The position numbers and the translations under genes were made by a program. DNA of 64,000 nucleotides from Camelus dromedarius (taxonomy: Eukaryota), in assembly GCF_036321535.1 (NCBI RefSeq), contig NC_087447.1, forward strand, positions 36,582,001 to 36,646,000, in the 5' to 3' direction. Under the pieces are notes generated by a model, which was not told the DNA's origin, did not search any database, and saw nothing but the letters and a program-made list of their open reading frames with translations. Every line of letters starts with the position of its first letter. Position 1 is the stretch's first letter. Of this stretch, positions 52,728-64,000 are shown piece after piece.

Positions 52728-53987
52728 GGATACTGAATTTTTTAATTAAAAAATAAAGCTTTTTATAAAGAAAGCTATGGGCCAAAATTGTCTCACTGGT
52801 AAATTCTATCAAAAATTTAAGAAATAACACCAATTGTATATTAACTCTTTCAAAAATAAAGGAAGGATGAATAACTCCCACCTCACAAGGCTAGCATAAC
52901 CCTAATACCAAACCTGAGAAACATTACAAAAAAGGAAAATTTTAGACCAATATCCTTCATGATCATAGATGCAAAAATTCATAACAATACATCAGCAGAT
53001 TAAATCCAGCAATATATAAAAAAGAATAATATATCATGAAAGTAGGGATTAGGCCAGGAATGCAAGGTTGATTTAGCATTTGGAAAATCTCATCATTCTA
53101 ACAGAATAAATGAGAAATATCATATGATCATTTTAATAGATATAGGAAAAGTGTTTGACAACAACCATTTATAATTAAGAACTCTCAGCAAACTGGGAAT
53201 CAAAAATAATTTCCTTAAACCTGAAAAGGGCATCTATGAAAAATCTACAACTAACATCATGTTCAATGATGAAATATTGAATGCATTCTTTCCACAATGG
53301 AAAACAAGATAATGTCCATGCTCACGCATCCTGTATGACATTGTATTGGAGGTTCTAACCATTGTAATGAGGGAAGAAAAGGAAACAGTATAAAACTATG
53401 AGAGGAAAAGAGCAGAACTGTCTCTATCTGCACCTTTGGCAGGGTCACATGATACAAAGCCTTTATATTTTAATATACTAATGGATGGGTATTAAAATTT
53501 CATGTCTACCATGAAAATTTTATTTTGACTTAATCTTAGATTAATAAACATAACTTCACGTAATTGGTAGCATTTTATTTGTATTTGTAACTGTGCATTA
53601 ATTCTTAGAAAAACAAGTCAACTGCATGTTTCTTAAGAGTAACTTTTCAGGTCAAATATTGTGATAGTACGATCACTTTTGACACTAGTACCATTTTTGC
53701 AGAGAAATTTTTCGAAGGACTTTGCTTAATTTTTTATATTCAAATCATTCTCTTTTGAATAATCTACCTTACCAACTATCATTCCTGCCAGTTTTTGGTT
53801 CCTCGGTTTCTATGTTGGCTAACTGCAAATTCTTGATTTGTCAATAATTTGAGTTGTTCTTCAAGTTTATATTTGTCAAGAGTCCTGCTTCTTTTAGAAG
53901 ACTTGCAGTTTCACTTTGAAGTCATTTTACATTTTTATTTTGAATATTATTTATAATATTCCACAATGCAGTATCTATCAATCAGCT

Positions 53988-54160
53988 AGCCTTATTCTCA
54001 AACTTGACTGAAAAAAAGTATCTGATAATTTTAAAAAGCATTCCTATTTTTAGCCTGAACTTCAACCAATTAAATCAATCTTTGGGAATGGGACCCAGGC
54101 ATCAATATTGTTTAAAGGCTCCATGTGACTACATTATGCAGACAAATTTGAAGCCACTGG
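53988..54160. mobile_element. MER5A-like MITE
   Basis: ttctcaaacttg...accaattaaatcaatctttgggaatgggacccaggcatc...aggctccatgtgact...tttgaagccactg. Confidence 0.75.
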
Positions 54161-54339
54161 GCAGTGATTATCAAAGATACAAAGAAATTTATCTAAATGT
54201 TAAATTAATCTGCGAGAGATATTTGAGTGAAGACTGATTTTATAAATGTCAAGTTCCTTAGTGAATATTTTTGTATTTTGGTATGTTTCACTTCCTATGG
54301 AGATTCACATAATGAATATTTGGGTAATAAGAGAATCTT

Positions 54340-54890
54340 CTATGTCCATTGAATGCAGAGTATGTATGAGATAGGAATATAGTAGTGAACTGAAATGTAT
54401 GTTGCCCCTTTTTCTGAGAGTTTACAACCCAAAGAAGAGAAAGACATTAAATAAATATTTAATTATAAGATACTAAATACTATGAAGGGAAAGGGAGACT
54501 TAACTTGGACTTGGGATCAAGGATGGTGACTCAGCATTAGTGATATTAAAGCTGAGACCTAAAAGATGAGTAAGACATAATTTGGTGAAGTGAAGACATA
54601 AGAGGGAACAGACTTTTTGGAAGGCCATAAATTGAGAAGAAGCTTGCAAGCGCTAGAAACAGAAATCAAGTGAAGATGACTAAGAACAATCAACAGAGAA
54701 TAAAGACGATCAAGGCCTTAAGTTGCTAAGTGTGAGTGTGTGTACGTAGATATGATTAGAAAGATGGTTTGCAATCTGATATTAATAGGTCTTGTATCCA
54801 GACCAAGTAATTTGGAGGTAATCTGTAAGTTATGAGGAAATAACAAGGTTTTTAAGCAAGAGATTGACATGATGAGATTTTATGTTTTAG
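54340..54890 (-). mobile_element. L2 fragment
   Basis: tgccccttttt...gagtttacaaccc...aagctgagacctaaaagatgagtaag...ggtttttaagcaagagattgacatgatgagattt. Confidence 0.65.
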
Positions 54891-57489
54891 GACCACAATT
54901 CAGGTAGCAAAGAAAGATTCCCCAGTGTGGTGTCCTCAACTAAGAAAAGTAAGCTTTTCTTTGTTTTGCTTTTTCTGAATTGCAATACAATTATTAAAGT
55001 AGAATGGATTTCTCCTCCAGCTTGCATTATTATCCCATTCCCCAAGCTAAATGCAAAGCCACGTATATGAAGGGAAAAAAAAGAAACTCTGCTAGCATTG
55101 CTCAAGAGCCATATATATATGGCTATGCAGAATCTTCCTATGAGTTTTTGAGTTTGCCAAAGACAGCTTTGAATTAAGGCCAGGAACTTGAGAGCCATAC
55201 TCAAGGGACTGACCCCAGAGAAAGTATAGCTCTAGCAACCACAGATCTCTGAAGGTACTAAAGTGACCAAAGACAATGAATTTGATAATAACAAACATGT
55301 AACTCTCCTTTTAGTTTTAATGATTACTAGCTAGTAGGACAAAGTGGGAGAGAAAAAAAAGAAAATTTTAATTAAATAATGTTTTACATATTTTTTACTT
55401 TTAGAGTCAATTTTGTCACAAATGATATAGCAATTGCCTAGGATTTCCACATTTTAATTAATTCAAAAGAGCAGAAAATGAATCAGAATCAGAAACTTAT
55501 TTATTATGCCCTTCTTTCCTTTAAGGACCATGAAAAACTCAGTGTCTCTTGTCCTCACAGGAGTTTGCATTTCTGAGAATTGGGTTTATCCAGTTTTAAA
55601 ACGGATTAAAATATACCCCCAAGCATAATAATAAAGGAAAGATATTTGACTTATTTTTCTTTACCTTTGTGTTTATTGAAAGTAAACAGTGATGGAAATT
55701 GTATTTATTTGTATATTTAAGTGATGGAAATAAGACATGAAAACAATGACACTAATTGTAAAAATGCACCAAAAGAGCATTTTTATTTATTATCTAAAGG
55801 TAAAATGCCCTTAAGAAAACAATTTACAGTCATGATTTAGACTTACCTTCCTTTTATTACAAAATATAAATGCCTCTAATATTAATGGTGTCTTTTGCCT
55901 TTAGGCCACTGACAGTTGGAGTCCAAGAGAAGAAATGGAATAGTCATATTTGTATCAGCTAAAATGCCAATTAGATCTCAAGATACCAAGTTTTAGGGGA
56001 AATTATGGAAAGGGGGAATTGAATACTAATTGGAATTGGGAAGCATATGATCTAAATTCTAATTCTGACTATGCCACAGATTAACTGTGCGATTGTGTTT
56101 CATTTAGTCCATCTCAAATCTGTACTAGTGCCATTCTGTTACTACTACCAATACTTAAGGTAATTGAGAGTTTTTAGTGTCCCAGTACTTTGTGCCTGTT
56201 TATTCTTCTAACTTTCTCTCTTTTAAAATTAAAGTTTTAGTTAGTAAAGAAACAGGAAGATGTTTATATTTCTGGGAAGAAGTATTTTTTCTAAATGAAA
56301 AAGTCCTCCGCTGTTTGTAGTGCTCTCTGGCATGTTCTCTAATTGTATGCGGTATTCAATGGGACAGTTTCAAAGAGAGACACACATTCTAGATCATAAA
56401 GAAAAACATTCCGTCATAGATTCATTTCTGATATTTTAATTTTATTTTTGTGCTGCCAATTCTTCTTTCTCATCTGTGCAGAGTCAGTGATTGCTCAGTA
56501 ACAGCTAAATTGTCTAGAGCATTCTAATTTCTATTTTAGAAGGTAAAAAAGTACATTTCACTTAAGACTATGCTTCTTGAAATTTCTCTATTTTATCAGT
56601 TTATTTTGCTCTTTCCTTAGAGTTGTTTGAACATTTTTTACACTAAGAATGAGGGTGTGTCAGAATTGTTGCAAGCAAAGATAGAGGTAATCACATGTGG
56701 TTCTTGTTTTAAGCTTTGTCTTGATATTGCCTGTTATTTAAAATAGCACATCTAAGGTGAATCTACTTTTAGAATTTTTTCTTTCTCAGAAGAATTTATT
56801 ATACAACATTTAATCAATTTTTTCACAATAGTTACACTTTTCTAATACTTTTATTGTCCAGGGATCAACTTGACTATTTGAACAAAGAATTAAGAATGAG
56901 TTAATCCCTCTATTATACATTCATGTATTTCTTAGATTTCTAAAGACTGCCTCTTTAAGAACCAACATTATTTTTATAATTTACCTAGACAGTCTGATTT
57001 CCGAAATAGTTTATTGCTTAGAAAATACAGAAAAATTGAAGAAGAGGATATTTAAAATCACCCATAATTCCATTACAAGATAACCCTTGTTAAAATTTTG
57101 GTGTAATATATATATAGTTGAGGTTGTATCATGTCCAGTTTTAAATTACAATTTTAAATTTTAATTGCTTAGCAGCTTGTCTTGATGGCTTTGAATCTTC
57201 ATGAAAAATATCTGATTCCTGAGTTGCTCCTTGAGTTGATGGTCTGCTAAGGCTACTTATCTCTATATTGAGTGGCATCCAAACTACTGTGCTTTTTGAG
57301 TTCTGGTGTCTGCTTTGGGTTTTCTGTCTTTGCCTTTGTTTCCAGACTGTAAGCTGCATTTCTTAGTAATTAGTGTTTTGCCTCCAGTAATATCATACTC
57401 CTATGAGCTCTGCTATTTCTATTTGGCTATGGGCTGTTAAATTAGATGAGAAGTGAGGGAAACTAGAATTTTACAGAGTTCCTTTCAGT

Positions 57490-57790
57490 TGTACAGCACT
57501 AATACAGGTGCTTTCACATAAACTATTCTATTTAATTTTCACAGCCAGTCCTCAGATTGTTGTTATTTCAGTTTCTTAGATAACAGAGAATCATTTATTG
57601 AGCACTTGCTATATGTGAGGCACTGTGCTAAGAAGTTTCCATATACTATGTTAATTGGGCTTACCATGCAACTCTAGTGAGATGGACTGTTTTACAGATA
57701 AAAATACCTAGATTCAGAGAAGTTGAACAGCTTGCCCAAGATCTAATACAAGTAAGTAGTAGAATCGGGATTTGAATCCAGGTGTACCCC
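57490..57790 (-). mobile_element. Two adjacent/nested MIR SINEs
   Basis: catttattgagcacttgctatatgtgaggcactgtgctaag...ttttacagata...gattcagagaagttgaacagcttgcccaag...gggatttgaatccagg. Confidence 0.85.
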
Positions 57791-58317
57791 TCAAATAATG
57801 AAAAGTACTATAATTATATCGGAAGTAAAAGTAGATTCTGAGTTCAGGAATTCTCCTTTAATAAAAGTAAATGAAACATTTGTTTTGGGTTTTGCCTTCT
57901 TTCTAATTTTCCTGATTGTGCTGTTATAAGGGTGTTGCTGTATAAGGGATCTATGGAGAACTGTACGTGTTTAAAAATTCAATATTCAGGCCAAAATAAT
58001 ACTGAAAGAATGAAGTTAAAAAAGTCTACCAAGGAAGGAGCAATTCTTATTAGTGTTAAATATGCTTGTCTTTCATAATTCTTAGAATCATGAGTGTATT
58101 GTCTGCTAAATTTCCTTTATCAAAAGACGCTGATTTATGGATTTACATAGAAGTTAATAGAATAATTAGCCAAAACACCATTGTGTTGATTGTCCATAGC
58201 TATATTTCTTGGGGAAACAGGTTTTAATCTCAATGCATATTTCTGATTATACGTGAAATGAAGGAATAATGTAAAGGAAAATGCTTCTTTAGATTCTTTT
58301 ATGGTGGTTCAGACGTT

Positions 58318-58580
58318 GAGTGGTGAAGAACTTGGTCTTTAGAGTTTGTCTGCCTAGATTCAAATCCTGACTCAACCATTACTAGTATAATCTTGGACAA
58401 GTTAATTTCTATGTGCCTAGTTTCTCATCTGTAAGATGAGGAGTGTGATAATAATATCCACATAATAATACCTACTCCTATATGGATTGTTTGCTTTGTG
58501 GACTAAAGTTGATATATGTAAAATAATTACAATAATGCTTATTGCAGAATAAGTGCTTTACAAATGTTACTATTATTTTA
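58318..58580 (+). mobile_element. MIR SINE
   Basis: gtggtgaagaac...ctgcctagattcaaatcctgactc...cttggacaagtt...gtttctcatctgtaagatgag. Confidence 0.85.
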
Positions 58581-59694
58581 ATTTGAATTTTTAACTGTTT
58601 TTCAAATCTCTGAGTTCTATAAAAACTAACAATCTTAAGTCTTTGCCTATCAGAATAGTATATTTTTTACTTCACAAATAACCTAAGTAGTATCTTCCAT
58701 CATTCCCTCTCTCCTTCCTTAAGGCCTAGCCTGAAGTTGACAATGACTTCACAATGAACTCTATAACTTCATTTTAGGTCAGATCTTAGACCTAAGCACA
58801 GAAACATCCAAAGTTACAGTATTTTATTAAAAATGGACACAAGCTGCATGGGAGGTATCAAATATGGCATCTCTTTACCTTCAGATAATTTCCCTGCAGG
58901 TTGAGAAATGTTTCCTGCTATTTGAAAATATGATACATTAGGCAAATAGGTTAACAGTGAAGTACACAGCTGATTTGAGTGTTGAAATTGGTATCCTATA
59001 AGAGAGGACTCCTTGTTTATTTGCTATTTTATTATTGAAAGAAAGCTGCAGATGGCAATTTACTCTTTAACCTCCCTACTATGGTGTACATGTGCAAGAG
59101 AAAGATAAAAGCTATGTTTCCTTCGTGGAAGGGTGTGGGGTTAGAAGATGATTTCAAATTAGACATAATGACAGCAATAGAGGCTTCCAATGAAGATACT
59201 GTGGCCACCAAAGGACAAAGGGGAGAAGCTAATTTCTGAAGCTGAGGTATTTGATTAAACATTTAGATTGTTCTTTATGTGTACAGGTGGCAGGTATGTT
59301 ATTGTTTATAAGCTGATGAGACAGTGTGTTTGACAAAGGTGGTTTATTTGATGATTTGATGATGTTGGGAGGGAAGCGATCCTGAGATATTCAGAAAACC
59401 TGTAACAAGTCAAAAAAATATTTTGATAGGCAAAGACTTGCTTTTTAAGGCTTTTGCTTTTTTAAAAAAATAATGGTTAACTGTGAGAATTGGCTTATAA
59501 AGGTGGTTTTTTATTTTATATAGTAAGATTGACTTAGAGAAAAAATTACCAAACTTTGATTAGAATGTCTAATACTTTCTTTTATTACCTTAACAAACTT
59601 TTTTTTTTTTTTTTTTTTTTTGGAAATAGCTTACAACTTTGTCAGGTGATTTCATATTTAAATGTTTATTTTTAAAGTCTGGTGTTGTACCCTA

Positions 59695-59731
59695 TGTGTG
59701 CCTCTGTGTGTGTGTTTGTGTGTGTGTGTGT
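59695..59731. repeat. (TG)n microsatellite
   Basis: tgtgtgcctctgtgtgtgtgtttgtgtgtgtgtgtgt. Confidence 0.85.
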
Positions 59732-61054
59732 ATTTGGATTGGAGGAGGAAATGGGGAGGAAGGTGAAATTTTTTTAAGGAAGATGGAAAGTCAGTAAAAG
59801 TTGATTTAAGGGACTGGAGTTTTATAATGAAAAATAGAAAATTTCAAGCATGTTTTCTCCCTTAGCAAGAAAAATGAAACAGACTATATTATCCATATTT
59901 CCATGAAGAATGTATATAAATATCATATGCAAAATTACAAAAAATAAGCAAACTTTCTAAGAAATGGAAGAAAATATATGACAATAAAATTGTAGCAAAG
60001 GTAAAGAGAAGATTTTTTGAACATAATTTAAATATAGTGTCCAGTGGGGATAAAGTTTTAACAGAATAGGCTGGGTCATTTATAGATTACAACACTGAAT
60101 TTTCTCAGTGTTACAAAGTGTTGATTTTGATAAAGAATTTGTTGATGCTATATCGGCTTGTCCATGTGGAGAAGTGCTGCTGGGTGATTAGTAAGACTTG
60201 GGGCTCATGGCCAAAATTCAGAAATTTGGTTCTCAGTTCTTCTGGCCTTCTGAAAATAGGAAAAAGCTAGTAAGTTTTCTTGAGTCTTGATTCCCTATGA
60301 ACCTTCATTATGAAAGGTGTCTGGTTTTTTTCTCTTTCTTCATCTTCCTTCCTTCCTTTCTTTTTTTGGAAATTCTCTTCTTGTCTCATGTTGTCACTAT
60401 CTTCATCTATGTTTAATTAAGTAGGTACTAATTTTGGAGGTACTTCAGGGTTTATATTAGCTTAGTCATATGAAAATTCTTCACATTTCTATCAGTTTTT
60501 GCTGTAATTTTAAAGCCAAATGGTGTAATTTTTTTTTACTAAAAGTCTAAAACTAAGGAATCTAAAATTTGATGAGATTAATTGATTTGCTCAAGATCAC
60601 ATATTTAGGAATCCAGGTCAGGACTTTTGGTAATGCTACACTGCAAAACAAATGATTCTTTTCACTTTTTTTGTTTTGCCGTATTGATGACCAGTGGCAG
60701 CATATTTGTTTTTAATCAAATGTTTAATCATGTGTAATTATCTTATTTTACAATATCTAGCTATCCATGAATAGATGGACATGTATCAAAGGATTTATCT
60801 GATTGCTTTGTAGGACTTATTGCAGCTTGATATAGGACATTTAAAGGGTTTCATGATTTTAACTAAAATTTCTAATTGAATAGGATATACTGATACATTT
60901 ATGAGATTTGTTTTTCAAAGAAAAACTGTCGCATATTTTTGTGTCTGTTGTGACAATAAGAAGGCATATGTTATTTTTTTTTCCTTTCCATATATTGTAG
61001 GCTTGTTCAACAATTAGAACAGATTTGGAGGAAAGGGTAAAATACAGTCTTTCT

Positions 61055-63480
61055 CATTTGTTTTTTTTTTCTGATTAAAAAACAACCAAACTGTGGTTGT
61101 TGGAGAAATTTGGAAAATATAAAAAAGAAACTAAAAAAAACCTTCCATAGTGACATCTAGAGATGCCTCAAAAATGCTTTTACTGATTGTGTCCTGCAAG
61201 TTTTTCTACTTAGATACATATTTTTTTAAAAAGAAAAATGGTATCTTACTGTACATGCTGTTTTGTAAGCTACTTTGTAAAAGCTAACACTTAGCGATGA
61301 TTTTCCCCCATGTTATTAAATATTCTCCTGCATACCTGTTCTTTTTAAAATGAACTTTATTATTTACTACAAAAGTAACAGATACTGCATATAAGAAATT
61401 TAGGAAACATATAAAAATAAAAAGAAAAAACTGCATTCTCATTGTTCAGATACAGTCATTATAGTATCAAGGTGTATGTATATCCAGTATTAAAATTTTA
61501 TGTTTCTCTCTCTCAAGTTTCTATCTATACTCTTTTTTAAACAAAAATGGAATCATATGGTAACAAATGCTTTATAATCTGCTTTTTGATTTAGCAATAT
61601 ATCACATCATTTATATTTTCCTATGATACCACTGTTATTTTACATCACTATTTTTAATGATTGCCTACTATTCTGTTGTGAACATTTCATAGTTTAACTG
61701 ATTGTCTATAGTTAGGGTATTTTTGATTTTCCACCATTATTAACAACATTGTAATAAAGTCTTTTGTAGCTCAATCTTTGCATACATCTCTGATGATTTC
61801 TTTAGTTCAAATTCTTAGAAATGAATTGTGGGGTACTCACTTTTTCCCCTCATTAAAAAAAAACTGAAGTATAGTCAGTTTACAATGTGTCAATTTCTGA
61901 TAAGTTGAGGTAATTACTTTATAAAGGCGTTTGATTCATATTGCCAAATTGCTTCCCAGAAAAGTTGAACCAGTTTACTTTTACCAGCAGTACTCATCTT
62001 TCCACATCCATGCTTACATATATTTTTATTGTCAATATTTCAAACCGTTGCCAATATGACATGTAGAAAATGGCAGCTTATTTTTAGTATAATGGCATTT
62101 CTTTGATTAGTAGTGAAATGGAGTATTTCTTTGTTTATTGTCCATTTGCATATTATTTTCTTTTTTAAAAATAAATGCCTTACTTGTATCTTTTGAGAAG
62201 TAGGATTGATTTTGGAGTCAGACTGTTGGTGACAGAGTTTGAATCGTGGCTTTACCACCACTACTTATCAGTTCTGTAAACTTGGGTTTTACTTAGTCTC
62301 TCGATGCCTCAGTTTTCTTATCTGTAAAAGCTTCCCATATGTCATAGGGTTGTTGCAAGGATCAAATGAATGAAAATATATCAAATATTTAGAATAGTCT
62401 AGCACAAATTAATGCACATTATTATAATGAGCAATTAATTCTTAATGATTTGGTAAGAGGTCTTTATATGCTAAAAATATTAATCCTTTATCATATATAA
62501 TGCAGATTTTTTTCCAGCTTTGTCATTTTCTCTTTCAGTTAAAGTTTTTAGAAAATCAGTGCTCTCTCATCAAATTTACAGTTTTATTTTTCTCTTTTTG
62601 AGTTTCTGTCTTTGGTGTCATTTTTAGGAATGTTGTTCCCACCCAACATTATGTAAATATTCACATGTATTTTATTGTAGCATTATCATGTTTTTTTACA
62701 TTTAATTTTAAAATCTATCTCAAATTTGTTTTCTTGTGTGATATGATATTAGGATATAAATAACCAATTGTCCCAAAAATATTAGTCATATAATCCATCT
62801 TTAAAATGCTACAATTATCATAGACTAAATTCTTAGAGATGTTTGGGTCCATTTTAACTTCCTTTATTAATAATCAATCTGGCCAGTCATTTGAAACACT
62901 TTAAATTAGTGATATGTTACATTTTTTAATTGTATTATATTTCTTTTAAAAAGTATCTCTATTATTCTAAAGCATTTGTTTTTCCAGGTGAACTTTAGAA
63001 TAATTTTATCATTTTTTCTTCCACTCACCAAAAAAATCTATTTGTGATTTTTAAAAAAAATATGCTAAATTCATAAAACAGTTTAGGATCATATGATTTT
63101 TTAAAATGATACATTGTATTTTACTTTAAGGATACATTTTAAATTTAACCCACTGTGCTTAGCATATAGTAGGCACTCAACACAAATGGTTGAATAAATA
63201 TTAAATGTGTTTATACTAACTGTGGAAAACTTAGGTGGTTTTCATTTTTCTCTATCATAAGCAGTACTTCAATGAACATATTTAACATATAAATCTTTGA
63301 ATGCCGCCATGATTACTTCTGTGGAATAAATTTCTAGACATCTAAAATCTAGTTCAAAGAGTATTTTTAATGATTTTGGTATTCTGCCAAATTGCCTTCC
63401 AGAAAGGATGCACCAATTTGTACTCCCCTCAGCAGTTTGAACTGTACTGTCATGATCAGCTTCCTCCTTCCTCATTGTAA
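61055..63480 (-). mobile_element. Cluster of old L1ME/L1MC 3' fragments with nested MIR (+, ~62205-62425) and an L2/MIR tail (~63150-63200)
   Basis: aaaaatggaatcatatgg...attgccaaattgcttcccagaaaagttgaaccagtttac...; second copy ctgccaaattgccttccagaaaggatgcaccaatttgtactccc; MIR ttggagtcagactg...gcctcagttttcttatctgtaaaa. Confidence 0.8.
61844..61905 (-). mobile_element. Ultra-short young L1 3' tail insertion
   Basis: ctgaagtatagtcagtttacaatgtgtcaatttctg matches the extreme 3' end of the L1 at 6439-6478; flanked by tggggtactcacttt / tgaggtaattacttt (12/15 identical). Confidence 0.75.
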
Positions 63481-63742
63481 GGAGCAACACCAATTTCTAA
63501 TAAGTTTAAAATTAGTATTTCATGGTAAAAGAAACGGTTTTACTTTTTAGATGCTTGTTTATATTTTCTGAGTGAAAGGAGAGGCACATTAAACTTGCTA
63601 AATTTAGAGTACATTATATGTCTCCTATGTCTCTTTCTCTGTCAGATATTAATACATGTATTCTCTGTATAGGATACTAAAACAACCAATGTAGATGCAG
63701 TTCATGTGCTTGGGCAGAGTCATATGTGCAAGGAACCAAATT

Positions 63743-63775
63743 AATACTACTACTACTACTAATAATAATAATAAT
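63743..63775. repeat. Compound (TAC)n(TAA)n microsatellite
   Basis: aatactactactactactaataataataataat. Confidence 0.85.
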
Positions 63776-64000
63776 GCAGGTAATATTATTTTAGGATAAT
63801 GTCAAGTGGCTTTTCTCCTCTATTCTGATTTGTATTTCTTCTTTCTTTATACTGTAAAATCAGTTCTTCTCTTCTGATGAAAAGAAATTCTGTTTATTTA
63901 GTTTTAGTGTTTATCCAATTTTAGCTCTTTTAATAGTAACAAAGTATTTTCACCATTACCTTGCACGAACAGCCTTACTCCTTCTATGACAGACTGCACA

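Larger units (their letters stand above)
50970..53430 (+). mobile_element. Old L1M element (5' region, ORF1 and ORF2 remnants) with nested insertions
   Basis: ttagaagaaatgggtaaattcctaaaaaaatatgacttactaaaattgacacaggatgaaacagaaaacctaaat (LEEMDKFLE..LPKLTQEE.ENLN-like), actggtaaattctatcaa, gctagcataaccctaataccaaacc, ccaggaatgcaaggttgattt (PGMQGWF-like). Confidence 0.9.

Overview
AT-rich mammalian genomic DNA with no recognisable protein-coding exon, RNA gene or CpG island. It is most likely camelid, inferred from a tRNA-derived vic-1-type SINE at 46.3 kb and the style of the young L1 3' ends. Much of the window is interspersed repeats: young 5'-truncated LINE-1 3' ends with target-site duplications (TSDs), an old L1M carrying nested Tigger1 and L1 insertions, many L2/MIR relics, MLT1 LTRs, hAT/TcMar MITEs and a ~51-unit (TTTC)n microsatellite. 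Nearly all L1s and the SINE lie on the minus strand, and the plus strand looks T/G-rich by eye, which suggests the inside of a large intron of a plus-strand gene that I cannot name. The only protein-like ORFs are L1 ORF2 C-terminal remnants. The most interesting unexplained segment is a repeat-poor block at ~36.4-39.6 kb. It holds convergent poly(A)-site signatures on both strands, a candidate 33-nt exon (+) and a candidate spliced 37-aa single-TM micropeptide ORF (-); all of these are hypotheses needing conservation and expression checks. Repeat family names were assigned from memory of consensus sequences, and boundaries of old repeats are approximate.
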